From Ruminiclostridium sp. (lineage in GTDB: Bacteria; Bacillota; Clostridia; Oscillospirales; Oscillospiraceae), in NCBI GenBank assembly GCA_017435425.1, contig JAFSFC010000009.1:10050-74049 (forward strand): a DNA stretch of 64,000 nucleotides. The letters are read 5' to 3'. This document shows positions 28,819 to 37,415 of this stretch, piece by piece (position 1 is the stretch's first letter; every line of letters starts with the position of its first letter). A program made the position numbers and the translations under genes. The notes beneath the pieces are model-generated. The model saw only the letters and a program-made list of their open reading frames with translations. It was not told the DNA's origin and searched no databases.

Positions 28819-29877
28819 TTATCCCAGATTGCTGAAGTCCACGATCATCTTCTTGGGGGTGTGCTTGATGAGCTCCTCCAGGGTCTCCTCATAGGGAGCG
28901 CAGGCGATGGCACGGTCGGTGATGTAACCGGTCACCAGGAAGGCGGGGACCACGTCGTAGGCGGGGGTCCAGCCCTTGGCATCGCCGCAGTCCAGGCCGT
29001 CGGTGACGGAAGCGGGATCCCCCTCTGCGGTGCCGAAGGCGGTGCCGTCGGGGATCTCCAGGTCGATGTCGTCAGAGTTCATGACGGCATAGAAGGGGAT
29101 GGAGTGGAAGTAGCAGGCGATGGCCAGCTCATAGGTGCCCACGGGGGCCTTCAGGTCGCCGGACTTGGCGGCCAGGATGCCATCGGCCAGGACCACATGT
29201 GCCCCCTGGCGTGCCAGGTAAGTAGCGGCGGCGTGGTCGGGGATCAGGGTGAAGGGGACCTTCTCCTTGGTCAGCTCCTGGGCAGTGACGGTAGCGGCTG
29301 CCAGAGAGGGACGGCCTTCCAGAATGCCCAGCTGCTCGATCTGACCCCGCTTGACGCCCCGGCGGGCAATGCCCAGTGCGCCCCAGGGAGAGGCAGAGTG
29401 GAACACGCCGCCGTCTGCACGGACCAGCACACGGGTGCCCTCGCTCATCATATCGGTGCCGTTGCGGCAGATGTTGCGGGATGCCACCACCTGCTGGCGC
29501 TCGTAGGTCACGGCGGTGGCCAGGATGGCAGTGAGGCGGTCTGCGTTCTTCAGATAGGCCTCGGGGGGATTCTTCATAAAGTTCATGGCATGTGCCATGT
29601 CACGGTGGCCCTTGCGGCTTTCCATAAGCAGGTCGGCGGCGGCGTTCAGTGCCTCGTCATAGGCCTCGGTGAGCTGCTTGTCCTGGTGTTCTACGGCGGC
29701 CAGGGCGAAGCCGTAGGCACCGGCGATGGCGGCGATCTTCTCGTCCAGGATGACGCCGGAGGAGAGGGTGTTGGCCACGGCCTTCACGTTGTCGCAGTCG
29801 ATCCAGGATTCCTCCTGGGGATACTTGGTCTGGTCCAGGAGAGACAGGACCTGACCCTGCCACTGAAGTGCGATCAT
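28819..29877 (-). CDS. MtnA/eIF-2B-like protein with a degenerate active site
   Basis: LLDQTKYP, EGRP, VGTY..A...IPFY and PAYDVVP..LVTGYITDR match the MtnA fold. The catalytic motifs are replaced (see findings). Confidence 0.75.
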   Translation of the reverse strand: MIALQWQGQVLSLLDQTKYPQEESWIDCDNVKAVANTLSSGVILDEKIAAIAGAYGFALAAVEHQDKQLTEAYDEALNAAADLLMESRKGHRDMAHAMNFMKNPPEAYLKNADRLTAILATAVTYERQQVVASRNICRNGTDMMSEGTRVLVRADGGVFHSASPWGALGIARRGVKRGQIEQLGILEGRPSLAAATVTAQELTKEKVPFTLIPDHAAATYLARQGAHVVLADGILAAKSGDLKAPVGTYELAIACYFHSIPFYAVMNSDDIDLEIPDGTAFGTAEGDPASVTDGLDCGDAKGWTPAYDVVPAFLVTGYITDRAIACAPYEETLEELIKHTPKKMIVDFSNLG

Positions 29878-30010
29878 AGGGGGTTACCTCCTGTGTTTAT
29901 AGAGTTAAAATCAGCGATAGCTGTCCTAGTGGAGCTATCATATCATAATTTCAGGGCCAACGCCACTCCTGATTGGGAAAAATGTTGACCCTGACAGAGG
30001 AAGTCAATGC

Positions 30011-31894
30011 ATGATCGATATTGCAGTAAGAGATATCATAAAAGAATACGAGGTGGGTGAACCCGTTCTCAACGGCCTCACCTTCCAGGTGGACACCGGC
30101 GAGCGGGTGGGTATCCTGGGCCGCAACGGCTCGGGCAAGACCACCCTCTTCCGGATCCTCACCGGCCAGGAGCATGCCGACAGCGGCGATGTGATCATCG
30201 CCCCCGGTAAGCGCTTAGGCCTCATCTCCCAGATCCCCGTCTACCCCGTGGGCTTCACGGTGGAGGACGTCCTTCGTACGTCCTTCGACCACTTAAAGGC
30301 CATGGAGGAGGAGATGGCCGCCCTGTCCGAGCAGCTCTCCGGGGGAGACAAGGACCTGCTGGCCCGGTACGACCGGCTCCAGGTGGCCTTCGAGACCGGG
30401 GGCGGCTACGAGACCGAGACCCGGCTGGAGAAGGTCTGCTCCGGTCTGGGCATTGAGAAGGCCTTTCGGGAGAAGTTCTTTGCCGACCTGTCCGGCGGCG
30501 AGAAGACCCGGATCAACCTGGCCCGCCTCATTCTGGTGGACACCGAGATCCTTCTCCTGGACGAGCCCACCAACCACCTGGACTTAAACGCCACCGTCTG
30601 GCTGGAGGAGTACATCAAGACCTACAAGGGCACCGTCCTCATCATCTCCCACGACCGGTACTTCCTGGACCGGACCATCGACCGGGTCATCGAGGTGCGG
30701 GACGGCAAGGCCGAGTTCTATTCCGGCAATTACTCCTTCTACGCCGTGGAAAAGGAGAAGCGGTACTTAGAGCAGCTCCGTCAGTACCAGAAGGAGCAGG
30801 CCGAGCTCAAGCGTCTGTCGGACACCGTCCGCTCCATGCACGAGCACAACACCGAGCTCCTCCACAAGCGGGCCTTCTCCATTGAAAAGCGCATGGCCAA
30901 GATGGCCGGCACCGCCCGGCCCACCAAGGTCAAGAAGATGAACGCCAAGTTCGGCACCGCCGAGTTCCACGCCGACGACCTTTTGGAGATCAAAAACCTG
31001 GAAAAGGCCTTCGGTCCCCAGAAGCTCTTTGACGATGTGACCCTTCGGGTGGAGGACGGGGATCGAATCGCCCTCTTAGGCGACAACGGCACCGGCAAAT
31101 CCACCCTCTTAAAAATCATCCTGGGGGAGGAACTCCAGGACGGGGGCACCGTCAAGCAGGGCGGCACCGTGAAGACCGGCTACCTGCCCCAGCAGGTGAA
31201 GTTCCAGGACCCCAGCCTGACCCTCTTTGACACCATGCTGGCCGAGGCCAACTGCACCGCTCAGCAGGCCCGGGATCGCCTGGGTACCTTCCAGTTCCAG
31301 GGGGAGGACGTCTTCAAGACGGTCTCCGTCCTGTCCGGCGGCGAGCAGAGCCGCCTGCGGCTGTGCATTCTCATGGATGAGAAGGTGAACTTCCTCATCC
31401 TGGACGAGCCCACCAACCACCTGGATCTGGAGTCCAGAGAGTGGATCGAAAATGCCGTGGAAGACTATGAGGGGACCCTCCTCTTCGTCTCCCACGACCG
31501 ATACTTCATTGACCGCTTCGCCACCCGGATCTGGACCCTGGAAGGGGGGAAGGTCTCCGACTTCAAGGGGGACTACACCGCCTACCAGGCCATGCGGGAG
31601 CGGATGAAGACCCTGGCCCCTCCCCCCAAGAAGGAGGAGAAGGTCAAAAAGGAAAAGCCCAAGCGCACCGGCGGCACCAAGCAGCTGAAAAAGGAGCTGG
31701 CAGCAGCCGAGAAGCGCATGGAAAAGCTGGATCAGCTCATGGAAGAGCTGAACGCCCGGAAGGAGGAAGCGGCTTCCGATTACCAGAAGCTCCAGGAACT
31801 TATGGACCAGGAGACCGCCTACACCGAGGAGTACGATTCCCTCATGGAAAAGTGGGAGGAGCTCTCCACCGCCATCGAGGCGGAGGAAGGATAA
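30011..31894 (+). CDS. ABC-F family ATP-binding protein
   Basis: Two NBDs (GRNGSGKTT/LSGGE/LDEPTNHLD; GDNGTGKST/LSGGE/LDEPTNHLD), no TM segments, C-terminal coiled coil. Confidence 0.93.
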   Translation: MIDIAVRDIIKEYEVGEPVLNGLTFQVDTGERVGILGRNGSGKTTLFRILTGQEHADSGDVIIAPGKRLGLISQIPVYPVGFTVEDVLRTSFDHLKAMEEEMAALSEQLSGGDKDLLARYDRLQVAFETGGGYETETRLEKVCSGLGIEKAFREKFFADLSGGEKTRINLARLILVDTEILLLDEPTNHLDLNATVWLEEYIKTYKGTVLIISHDRYFLDRTIDRVIEVRDGKAEFYSGNYSFYAVEKEKRYLEQLRQYQKEQAELKRLSDTVRSMHEHNTELLHKRAFSIEKRMAKMAGTARPTKVKKMNAKFGTAEFHADDLLEIKNLEKAFGPQKLFDDVTLRVEDGDRIALLGDNGTGKSTLLKIILGEELQDGGTVKQGGTVKTGYLPQQVKFQDPSLTLFDTMLAEANCTAQQARDRLGTFQFQGEDVFKTVSVLSGGEQSRLRLCILMDEKVNFLILDEPTNHLDLESREWIENAVEDYEGTLLFVSHDRYFIDRFATRIWTLEGGKVSDFKGDYTAYQAMRERMKTLAPPPKKEEKVKKEKPKRTGGTKQLKKELAAAEKRMEKLDQLMEELNARKEEAASDYQKLQELMDQETAYTEEYDSLMEKWEELSTAIEAEEG

Positions 31895-31914
31895 AGGAAT
31901 CCTGCCACGTCTAT

Positions 31915-32285
31915 GGACTGCCTGCCCGGCAGGGGCTCCCTTTCTTCCAAGAAAGGGAGGAAAGAAGGCCAAAGGGAGAGAGGTTCTCTCCCTTTGGAAA
32001 CCCTCTCTCTGGTGGGTGGAACCCTGTTTTATGCATCGGCAGGCTTGGCCAGTGCGCGCCACCGGCTGGCGCGCGGGTGCGTGTAGCCAGAACCTGCGCT
32101 GTCGCGTGCCCAGCTGGTGGGCACGCCGATACCCACGCTGTTCTGCAGGCCGCAGGCAAGGGAAAATGAATCAGCCAATCCGGCAGGGAGAATGTGCCTT
32201 ATATACGGGTCCAGGGCAAAGCCCTGGTGCTCTTTTCCTCCCTTTTCTCCAGAGAAAAGGGAGTCCCGCCCGGAAGGGCAAACCG
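31915..32285 (+). repeat. Intergenic multi-hairpin repeat family C, copy 3, with imperfect terminal inverted arms
   Basis: Core modules at 32053-32280. 31920-31965 is an inverted counterpart of 32230-32280. Confidence 0.8.
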
Positions 32286-32326
32286 TGGTTAACAAATAAA
32301 CTTATGATAGAAAAGGAGAAACTACC

Positions 32327-32641
32327 ATGTCTGAGAACAAGAACAACAACGTCATGACCACCGAGGAAAAGATGAAGGAACTCTTCGACCTGATGGACGC
32401 CAAGGCAGCTGCCGGTGAACTGAACGAAGTGGAGAACGACGGGAAGTTCGACGAGGAGTTCAAGAAGGAAATGGAAGAGGCCATGAGCCCCATGTCCGCC
32501 TCTGAGGTGGCCGGCTATGAGTACTCCATGATGATGAACCAGTTCGAGGCCATGCTGGAGGACTGGAACCGCCGTGAGGCCGAGGAGCAGGCTGCTGCAG
32601 CAGCCGCCAAGAAGGCAGCCGAGGAAGCCAAGGGCGAGTAA
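32327..32641 (+). CDS. Hypothetical acidic, Met-rich protein coupled to prfA
   Basis: AAGGAG RBS, strongly host-biased codons, TAATG overlap with the prfA start. Confidence 0.75.
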   Translation: MSENKNNNVMTTEEKMKELFDLMDAKAAAGELNEVENDGKFDEEFKKEMEEAMSPMSASEVAGYEYSMMMNQFEAMLEDWNRREAEEQAAAAAAKKAAEEAKGE

Positions 32642-33702
32642 TGCTGTCCCGGCTTCGAAACCTGGTCCTCCGGCTGGAGGAGCTGGAGACCCAGCTGGCC
32701 CAGCCGGAGACCTACGCCGACCCGGCCAGGCTCTCCAAGCTCACCAAGGAGCAGAAGGACCTGACCCCGGTGGTGGACACCTACCGTCGGTGGCAGACCG
32801 CCCTGTCTGACCTGGCGGGCCTGGAGGAGCTGCTCTCCGACCCGGAGTGCCGGGACCTGGCCCAGGCGGAGTACGGCCCCCTGAAGGCCGAGACCTGCCG
32901 CCTGGAGGAGGAATTAAAACTCCTGCTCATCCCCAAGGACCCCATGGACGACAAGTCGGTCATCATGGAGATCCGTGCCGGGGTGGGCGGGGAGGAGGCC
33001 GCCCTCTTCGCCCACAGCCTCTACCGGATGTACGCCATGTTCGGGGAACATCAGGGCTGGCGGCTGGAGCTGGCCGGTCTCAGCGAGACCGAGCTGGGGG
33101 GTATTAAGGAGATCTCCTTCCTGGTGGAAGGGGAGGGGGCCTTTGCCCGGCTCAAGCATGAGAGCGGGGTCCACCGGGTCCAGCGTGTCCCGGAGACCGA
33201 GTCCGGGGGGCGCATCCACACCTCCACCTGCACGGTGGCGGTGCTGCCCCAGGTGGACGAGGTGGAGTTCGCCCTGAACCCTGCCGACCTGCGTATCGAC
33301 ACCTTCCGTGCTTCCGGCGCCGGCGGCCAGCACATCAACAAGACTGAGTCTGCCATCCGCATCACCCACCTGCCCACGGGCACGGTGGTGGAGTGTCAGG
33401 ATCAGCGCAGCCAGCATAAGAACAAGGACCGGGCCATGTCCATCCTCCGCTCCCGCCTGTATGAGCAGGCCGTCCAGGAGCAGGAGGCGGCCATTGCAGG
33501 CCAGCGCCGCAGTCAGGTGGGTTCCGGCATGCGCAACGAGCGCATCCGCACCTACAACTTCCCCCAGGGGCGGGTCACCGACCACCGGATTGGTCTGACC
33601 CTCTACAAGATCGACGCCGTCATGAACGGCGACCTGGAGGAGATCATCGACGGCCTGGTCCTCCACGCCCGGATGGAGCAGCAGAGGAACCAAGAACCAT
33701 GA
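32641..33702 (+). CDS. prfA: Peptide chain release factor 1
   Basis: [14 protein letters not shown] (PxT), [13 protein letters not shown] and [18 protein letters not shown]. Confidence 0.96.
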   Translation: MLSRLRNLVLRLEELETQLAQPETYADPARLSKLTKEQKDLTPVVDTYRRWQTALSDLAGLEELLSDPECRDLAQAEYGPLKAETCRLEEELKLLLIPKDPMDDKSVIMEIRAGVGGEEAALFAHSLYRMYAMFGEHQGWRLELAGLSETELGGIKEISFLVEGEGAFARLKHESGVHRVQRVPETESGGRIHTSTCTVAVLPQVDEVEFALNPADLRIDTFRASGAGGQHINKTESAIRITHLPTGTVVECQDQRSQHKNKDRAMSILRSRLYEQAVQEQEAAIAGQRRSQVGSGMRNERIRTYNFPQGRVTDHRIGLTLYKIDAVMNGDLEEIIDGLVLHARMEQQRNQEP

Positions 33703-34334
33703 AGGAAATGAACACCATCCGGTACACCATGGACACCGTCCCCCAGGCCGCCCGTGCCATGGAGGCGGGGGAACTGGTGGCCGTCCCCACCGAGACGGTC
33801 TACGGCCTGGCCGCCCACGCCGGTCTGGACCGGTCCGTCCAGGATATCTACACCGTCAAGACCCGTAACCCCGGAAAGCCCCTGTCCATCCTGGTCTCCG
33901 GCATGGATATGGTGGAGGGGTATACGAAGAACATCCCCGCCGCAGCCTATCGACTGGCGGAGAAATACTGGCCCGGTCCCCTGACCATGGTGCTGGAGGA
34001 CAAGGGCTGTGCCGCCCCCACGGTCACCGCCGGGGGGACCACCCTGGGGGTCCGCTGCCCGGACCACCCCATGACCCTGGCCCTGATCCGTGCCCTGGGT
34101 GCCCCTCTGGCGGCCCCCTCGGCCAACCCGGAAGGGGCCCCCTCTCCCAAGTCCGCCCAGGAGGTCTTTGCCTACTTTGACGGGAAGATCCACGGTATCC
34201 TGGATGGCGGCCCCTGCACCGTGGGGGTGGAGTCCACCATCGTGGACCTGACCGGCGAAGAGCCCAGGATCCTCCGGGAGGGAGGCATCCCGGGAGAGGA
34301 ACTGCTGACCTTTATCAAGGAGGCACACACATGA
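33699..34334 (+). CDS. tsaC: L-threonylcarbamoyladenylate synthase (YrdC/Sua5 N-domain)
   Basis: [13 protein letters not shown]...KPL, WPGPLT, APSAN and VESTIVDL. Confidence 0.92.
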   Translation: MKEMNTIRYTMDTVPQAARAMEAGELVAVPTETVYGLAAHAGLDRSVQDIYTVKTRNPGKPLSILVSGMDMVEGYTKNIPAAAYRLAEKYWPGPLTMVLEDKGCAAPTVTAGGTTLGVRCPDHPMTLALIRALGAPLAAPSANPEGAPSPKSAQEVFAYFDGKIHGILDGGPCTVGVESTIVDLTGEEPRILREGGIPGEELLTFIKEAHT

Positions 34335-34927
34335 AGATCATCGGCATCACCGGCCCCACCGGCGCCGGCAAGACCACCGCATTAAACGCCCTCACCAGTC
34401 TGGGGGGCTGTATCATCGACGCAGACGCTGTTTACCACGAGCTCACCGTCACCAGCGCCCCCATGCGGGAGGAGATCTCCGCCCGTTTCCCCGGGGTCTA
34501 TGAGGGAACCACCCTCCACCGGAAGAAGCTGGGAGCCATCGTTTTCCAGGACGAAACCGCCCTGGCCGACCTGGATGTGATCATCCAGAAGTACGTCACC
34601 CAGGCCACCCGGGAGAAGCTGGCCCAGGCAGAGGCTGAGGGCAAGCCCGCCGCTGCCATCGACGCCATCAAGCTCCTGGAGAGCGGCCTTTCCGACCTGT
34701 GCCACTGCACCCTGGCGGTCACCGCTCCGGAGGAACTCCGTGTCAAGCGCATCATGGCCCGGGAGGGCATCTCCGAGGAGTACGCCTGGATGCGGGTGAA
34801 CGCCCAGCACAAGAGCGCCTGGTTCCAGGAGCGCTGCGACCATACCTTAGAAAGCACCGAGGCGGACACGGTGGAGACCTTCGCTGAAAGGGCCCGCACC
34901 CTGTTCCGCACGATCATGGAGGAATAA
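34331..34927 (+). CDS. coaE: Dephospho-CoA kinase
   Basis: IGITGPTGAGKTT, IDADAVYH and R.KRIMAREG. Confidence 0.88.
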   Translation: MKIIGITGPTGAGKTTALNALTSLGGCIIDADAVYHELTVTSAPMREEISARFPGVYEGTTLHRKKLGAIVFQDETALADLDVIIQKYVTQATREKLAQAEAEGKPAAAIDAIKLLESGLSDLCHCTLAVTAPEELRVKRIMAREGISEEYAWMRVNAQHKSAWFQERCDHTLESTEADTVETFAERARTLFRTIMEE

Positions 34928-34932
34928 AGCCT

Positions 34933-36339
34933 ATGGAAAACAAAGAACTGACCCTGGCGCAGCAGAAGAAAAAGGACCTGTTCATCCAGAAGACCAACGG
35001 CTACGACAAGCTGGCTGACGGGGAACTGGCCCTCATCACCGAATACTGCGAGGGTTACAAGACCTTCCTGGACCAGGGCAAGACCGAGCGGGAGTGCGTG
35101 GACTACGCCATCGCTCTGGCCGAGGCCGCAGGTTTCCGTCCCCTGGTCCGGGGCATGGAGCTCAAGCCCGGCGACAAGGTCTATGCCAACAACCGGGGCA
35201 AGGCCCTGAACCTGGCCGTCATCGGCAAGAAGTCCCTGGCAGAGGGGGCGGTCATCGGCGCCGCCCACATCGACTCCCCCCGCCTGGACCTGAAGCAGAA
35301 CCCCCTCTACGAGGACAAGGAGATGGCCTACCTGAAGACCCACTACTACGGCGGCATCAAGAAGTACCAGTGGGCCACCATCCCCCTGGCTCTCCACGGC
35401 GTGGTCATCCTCCAGGACGGCACCTCTGTCGCCGTCCGTATCGGTGAGGACCCCGGCGATCCCCAGTTCACCGTGGGGGATCTGCTGCCCCACCTGGCCG
35501 CCGACCAGGCCAAGCGGACCATGGGCGACATCATCACCGCCGAGCAGCTGAATATCTTCGTGGGCAGCCAACCCTTCGATAAGGAAGAGGGCTCCGACCG
35601 GGTGAAGCTGGGCATCCTCTCCATCCTCCACGAAAAGTACGGCATGGTGGAGGAGGACTTCCTCTCTGCCGAGCTCATGGCAGTTCCCGCCGCCAAGGCG
35701 GTGGACATTGGCCTGGACCGTTCGGTCATCGGCGCCTACGGTCAGGATGACCGGGTCTGCTCCTATGCCTGCCTGAAGGCCCTGCTGGAGCTGGATGTCC
35801 CCGAGACCACCGCCGTCTGCGTCCTGGCAGACAAGGAGGAGATCGGCTCCGAGGGCGTCTCCGGCATGCAGTCCGCCTTCTTTGACACCTTCATGGAGGA
35901 CCTGTGCGACAGCCAGAAGGTCCCCCTGCGGGCCTGCTACGAGAAGGCATTCTGCCTGTCTGCCGACGTCTCCGCCGCCTACGACCCCAACTTCCCCGAG
36001 GCCTATGAGGTCCGCAACTCCGCCTTCCTGAACTACGGTGTGTGCATCAGCAAGTACACCGGCGCCCGGGGCAAGTCCGGCGCCTCCGACGCCTCTGCCG
36101 AGCTGGTGGGCAAGGTCCGCCGCCTGTTTGCAGAGAACGGCGTGGTGTGGCAGCTGGCCGAGCTGGGCAAGACCGACCAGGGCGGCGGCGGCACCGTGGC
36201 CTGCTACATGGCCAACCGGAACATCGACACCATCGATGCCGGTGTTCCCGTCCTGTCCATGCACGCACCCTTCGAGACCACCTCCAAGCTGGACTGCTAC
36301 ATGACCTATAAGGCCATGAAGGCGCTGTACAATTCCTGA
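34933..36339 (+). CDS. M18-family aminopeptidase
   Basis: AHIDSPRLDLK, HYYGGIKKYQW, GQDDRVC, DKEEIGS, D.G..GGGT and LSMHAPFE. Confidence 0.92.
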   Translation: MENKELTLAQQKKKDLFIQKTNGYDKLADGELALITEYCEGYKTFLDQGKTERECVDYAIALAEAAGFRPLVRGMELKPGDKVYANNRGKALNLAVIGKKSLAEGAVIGAAHIDSPRLDLKQNPLYEDKEMAYLKTHYYGGIKKYQWATIPLALHGVVILQDGTSVAVRIGEDPGDPQFTVGDLLPHLAADQAKRTMGDIITAEQLNIFVGSQPFDKEEGSDRVKLGILSILHEKYGMVEEDFLSAELMAVPAAKAVDIGLDRSVIGAYGQDDRVCSYACLKALLELDVPETTAVCVLADKEEIGSEGVSGMQSAFFDTFMEDLCDSQKVPLRACYEKAFCLSADVSAAYDPNFPEAYEVRNSAFLNYGVCISKYTGARGKSGASDASAELVGKVRRLFAENGVVWQLAELGKTDQGGGGTVACYMANRNIDTIDAGVPVLSMHAPFETTSKLDCYMTYKAMKALYNS

Positions 36340-36365
36340 GTCGCCGATATACCGTATCGACAGAT

Positions 36366-36491
36366 TACAATCCCCCAGTCAGCTTCGCTGACAGCCCCCT
36401 TTACACAAGGGGGCCTTGAGGGGAGCACAGCCTAAAAGCCTCCCTTGTGTAAAGGGAGGTGGCACGGCGAAGCCGTGACGGAGGGATTGTA
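36366..36491. repeat. Intergenic palindromic repeat family M, copy 3
   Basis: tacaatcccccagtcagcttcgctgac...ccttgtgtaaagggaggtggc...gagggattgta. Confidence 0.85.
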
Positions 36492-36542
36492 AACCCGAAG
36501 GGTACGCACTCCCCATGAAATGAAACAAGGAGGCGCATTGCC

Positions 36543-37382
36543 TTGAATTTCCTCTCTTCCATCTTCCTGGGTCTGGTCCAGGGCGTCACTGAGTTCCTGC
36601 CCATTTCCAGCTCCGGCCACCTGTCTCTCTTCCAGCACTTCTTCGGCATGGCCCAGGAGGGCATCTTCTTCGACGTCCTCCTCCACCTGGGCACCCTCAT
36701 CGCCATCTTCGTCTACTACTGGAAGGATATCCTGGGCCTCATCAAGGAGTTCATCCGGATCGTCACCTGCCTGGTGAACAAGGAGAAGCGGGCCGCCATG
36801 GGCCGCCTGAGCCCCAGGGGCCGGATGATCCTCATGATCATCGTGGGCACCCTGCCCCTGTTTGTCATCCTCCCCATCAAGGACAGGGTGGAGACCCTGT
36901 ACGACAACACCATCTTCGTGGGCTTTGCCCTCATCGTCACCGGCTGTGTCCTGTTCTTCTCTGACCGGATGGCTCGGGGCAAGAAGACCGCCAAGAACGC
37001 CACCATGCTGGATGCCCTCCTGGTGGGCGTGGGCCAGGCCTTTGCCGTGGTCCCCGGTCTGTCCCGGTCCGGCACCACCATCTCCTGCGGCATGATGCGG
37101 GGCTTCAGCCGGAAGTTTGCCGTGCGTTTCTCCTTCCTCATGTCCATCCCCGCTGTCCTGGGTGCCAACATCATCAGCATCGGTGATGTAGTGGCCGCCG
37201 GCGGCGTGGAGCCCGGGCTCCTGCCCGGTTACATCGTGGGCACCATCGTGGCAGCCGTGGCGGGCTATTTCGCCATCCGCCTGGTGAACGTGGTGGCCGA
37301 CAAGAACAAGTTCGGCAGCTTTGCCTACTACTGCTGGGGCATCGGCGCGGCCGCCGTGGTGGCCAGCCTGATCTTCGGCTGA
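36543..37382 (+). CDS. uppP: Undecaprenyl-diphosphate phosphatase
   Basis: QGVTEFLPISSSGH, LHLGT and PGLSRSGTTI. TTG start after AGGAGG. Confidence 0.95.
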   Translation: MNFLSSIFLGLVQGVTEFLPISSSGHLSLFQHFFGMAQEGIFFDVLLHLGTLIAIFVYYWKDILGLIKEFIRIVTCLVNKEKRAAMGRLSPRGRMILMIIVGTLPLFVILPIKDRVETLYDNTIFVGFALIVTGCVLFFSDRMARGKKTAKNATMLDALLVGVGQAFAVVPGLSRSGTTISCGMMRGFSRKFAVRFSFLMSIPAVLGANIISIGDVVAAGGVEPGLLPGYIVGTIVAAVAGYFAIRLVNVVADKNKFGSFAYYCWGIGAAAVVASLIFG

Positions 37383-37415
37383 TTCCCATCGCAACTGAAA
37401 CAAGGAGCAAGATAC

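Noticed and set aside
30011-31894. ABC-F as an antibiotic resistance (ARE) gene
   Set aside because: Short leader without a uORF or attenuator, host-like codons, and no family-diagnostic evidence visible; treated as housekeeping.
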